DNA from: Amoebophrya sp. A120
Taxonomy: Eukaryota; Protista; Dinoflagellata
Reading direction: 5' to 3'
Length of the DNA stretch: 64,000 bases
NCBI GenBank assembly: GCA_905178155.1
Contig: CAJINV010000019.1
Location: forward strand, 14,237-78,236
The notes below the pieces were generated by a model that searched no databases, had not been told where the DNA came from, and saw only the letters and a list, made by a program, of their open reading frames with translations. Numbering within the stretch: the stretch's first letter is position 1; each line of letters starts with the position of its first letter. Shown in pieces: positions 62,201 to 64,000 of this stretch. Position numbers and translations under genes: made by a program.

Positions 62201-63319
62201 CAACATGACAAGTTTTGCTATGTTGGTTCTGCTTCTGAGTTGCGTACTCCGCATGAGAAACTGCGTTTTTGCATGGCTGGCAAGCGGAGTTCTTCGCGGC
62301 CACGCATTACAGAGTTCCGAGTCATGCCAGACGAGCATCACATTCACAAATCTCGCATTCTCCCCGACCCTGACATATTTGCAGTTGATAAGCGACAGGC
62401 GTCTTTGGAAATCGCTTCCGGGTACTGCGAGCCCACGCGGTGCAGGAACCGCTCCCAATTGCGGCCAAGCGACGAAGATTGGGATGTAGACGAGGACGAA
62501 GAAGAACCGTGCTCGCTCGTGCCGACCTATCCTGTGTAAAAACGTTCCCACCTCCCCAGAGGCAAGATGGAAAATCTGCTACACAAATCAGCCAGCTTTG
62601 GTTGTTGCGCATGACAAGTTTTGCCTCGTAGTGTAATGCTGTTTAGCTGGTCCAGCAGCATCACAGATCTAGCATATCATGCTTATTGGAGCATGACAAA
62701 TTCCGAAACACAAGTAGAAAATGCTTCTCATGGGGCTGCGCATGAGAAACATTCTCAGCATGCGGATTAGCATTACAACTATGGGGTGGGGACGTTTTTA
62801 CTCAGGATACGACCACGTCGTTGCACACTTTTTTGAAGTCTTCGTTCCGCTTCCGCGCGTAGTCGTTTTCCCTTTGCAGGTATCAAGTGCAAAAGTGTCT
62901 GGGTCTGGAAGAATGCAGACTTGTCATGCATATTTTGTATGATGATTGATGCCTCTAATGCATGATCTAGCAACACAGATTTTTAGAGGGGTTCCTAATG
63001 CCTATTCCGCATGAGAAATGCCCTCTCCACGTAACACAAACTGGAGTCCTGTTGCTGGTCATGCAATACAGATTTTTTTGGAATCCAAAGACAGAATTAC
63101 AAGTTACAATCCTCCAGACCCAGACATATTTGCAATCCATAGCAGGCCGAAAACTTGGGACTGCCCTTTGACTTCGAAAAAGGTGCGCTGCTGGTTCCGT
63201 GCGGTTTGCCGAATCTGGAGTTTCTCTTTGTACTTGCGAATTTCCAGATCCAGCTCGTCTCGCCGCTGCTCCAGCTGCAGGAAAAGGTCGCCCGAGTCAG
63301 CGACAAACGAGGACGTCAT
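59201..63319 (-). CDS. Hypothetical protein with N-terminal coiled coil; 3' end unresolved
   Basis: MTSSFVADSGDLFLQLEQRRDELDLEIRKYKEKL...; frame restored across eight introners (GLQREN, VVGTSE, CRSLAN, EQQRQN, AEMYRN, RDPLSA). Confidence 0.7.
60272..60534. mobile_element. Introner family A
   Basis: TSD gtccc/gtccc. Confidence 0.9.
60570..60833. mobile_element. Introner family A
   Basis: TSD ttcgg/ttcgg; only 35 bp from the previous element. Confidence 0.9.
61003..61253. mobile_element. Introner family A
   Basis: TSD tagtt offset by 3 extra nt (taa) on the left. Confidence 0.86.
61296..61617. mobile_element. Introner family C
   Basis: TSD accgc/accgc; right end CTA. Confidence 0.88.
61765..62071. 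mobile_element. Introner family I
   Basis: TIR TA.TACAATGAAAAATGCCCC; TSD tgctg/tgctg. Confidence 0.9.
62117..62390. mobile_element. Introner family A
   Basis: TSD agcga/agcga. Confidence 0.9.
62528..62809. mobile_element. Introner family B
   Basis: TSD cgacc/cgacc. Confidence 0.9.
62881..63141. mobile_element. Introner family A
   Basis: TSD gcagg/gcagg. Confidence 0.9.
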
Positions 63320-64000
63320 GTTTGTCCAGATTTTTAGGAAAGTAAAATTTTCTACAGCATCAACAAGAACTGATCAACAAATTTTACATTAGAAGTTGTG
63401 GACGGAAGTTAGAAGTAAGTACAAAACGTAGGTGTTGTCTGCTTGTTTGGCAAACACACTGCGATTACATCTTCGAGCAGGAGATTTTTTTTTTGGCCAG
63501 ATGGTGCATCATCAATGCAGGAGCAACCCAACTCTCTTCGCCCGGGACCGCCCTCGTCGTGTGGTCACAACATTCTTTATCCGCCTGCACTTGGGCGAGA
63601 TGTGCTCTTATTATTGAAACTACACGACAGTTAAACTTGTTGTAAAAGCACTCTGTTTGTGAGAAATTTCAATTTGCACCGCTCCACATCGTAGTTTGCT
63701 CTCGAAAGTTTTAATGTTTTCGAAGAGGCAGCGCAGCCGCCGGTCTTGTTGCTGCGTGCGGTTAACATACTAAGTTCTATTTCTACGTAGCGTACTGCAC
63801 CTACTCACGAAGAGAGACGACGGAGAGGCTACAGAACAATTGGGTTCATGTTTATACGGTATAGAAAAAAAACACTTAAAGTGTTTTTTATGAGCAGAGG
63901 AGGCGCAGACGAACGAACAGAGACCGTGGCATCTTTGGGAATGACTTGCTCACGTCGGTCAACAACGTCGAACCACGAAAAGCGGAGGCCGAATTTTTTT

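Noticed and set aside
1092-63141. TGTCTGGGTCTGGAA repeats as a CRISPR array
   Set aside because: Copies are dispersed inverted pairs with TSDs inside eukaryotic genes; no regular spacers and no cas genes.
1027-63319. Recurrent peptides in the ORF track (CKNVWVWK, PDPDIFAF, QMCLGLE, NMSGSG) suggesting a repeated protein domain
   Set aside because: They are translations of the family-A TIR in different frames.
1-64000. Autonomous transposase, RepHel or reverse transcriptase for the elements
   Set aside because: No DDE, HUH/helicase or RT motifs recognised in any ORF; the mobiliser must be elsewhere or too diverged to see.
1-64000. tRNA, rRNA or dinoflagellate spliced-leader relics
   Set aside because: None recognised by eye; a covariance-model search was not possible.

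Overview
Eukaryotic protist DNA, most consistent with the parasitic dinoflagellate Amoebophrya (Syndiniales); this is inferred from the intron architecture, not from a database search. About 12 protein-coding genes all lie on the minus strand. They include a multi-KH RNA-binding protein, cystathionine beta-lyase, an HPR-like helical-repeat protein, a mitochondrial carrier, a Ser/Thr kinase, a TPR tail-anchored protein and an EF-hand secreted protein. The dominant feature is 63 hand-mapped non-canonical 'introner' elements, mostly 140-350 bp, all inside coding exons. They fall into about 10 terminal-inverted-repeat (TIR) families that share one grammar: TAT...ATA ends, a 5-bp target-site duplication (TSD; 44 perfect, 11 with 3-4/5 matches), many internal TGTNATGC/GCATNACA octamers, and reading-frame restoration when the element plus 5 nt is removed. 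Near-identical elements occur in both orientations relative to transcription. Decayed copies suggest the intron is TAT...ATA plus the downstream 5 nt, and many GT-AG introns look like domesticated introners. Also present: a Helitron-like insert and a 17-bp-TSD insert nested in introners, and a 1.3-kb inverted duplication whose breakpoint is inside a chimeric introner. No transposase was seen. Coordinates were counted by hand and may be off by 1-2 nt. TSDs are quoted on the + strand as left/right.
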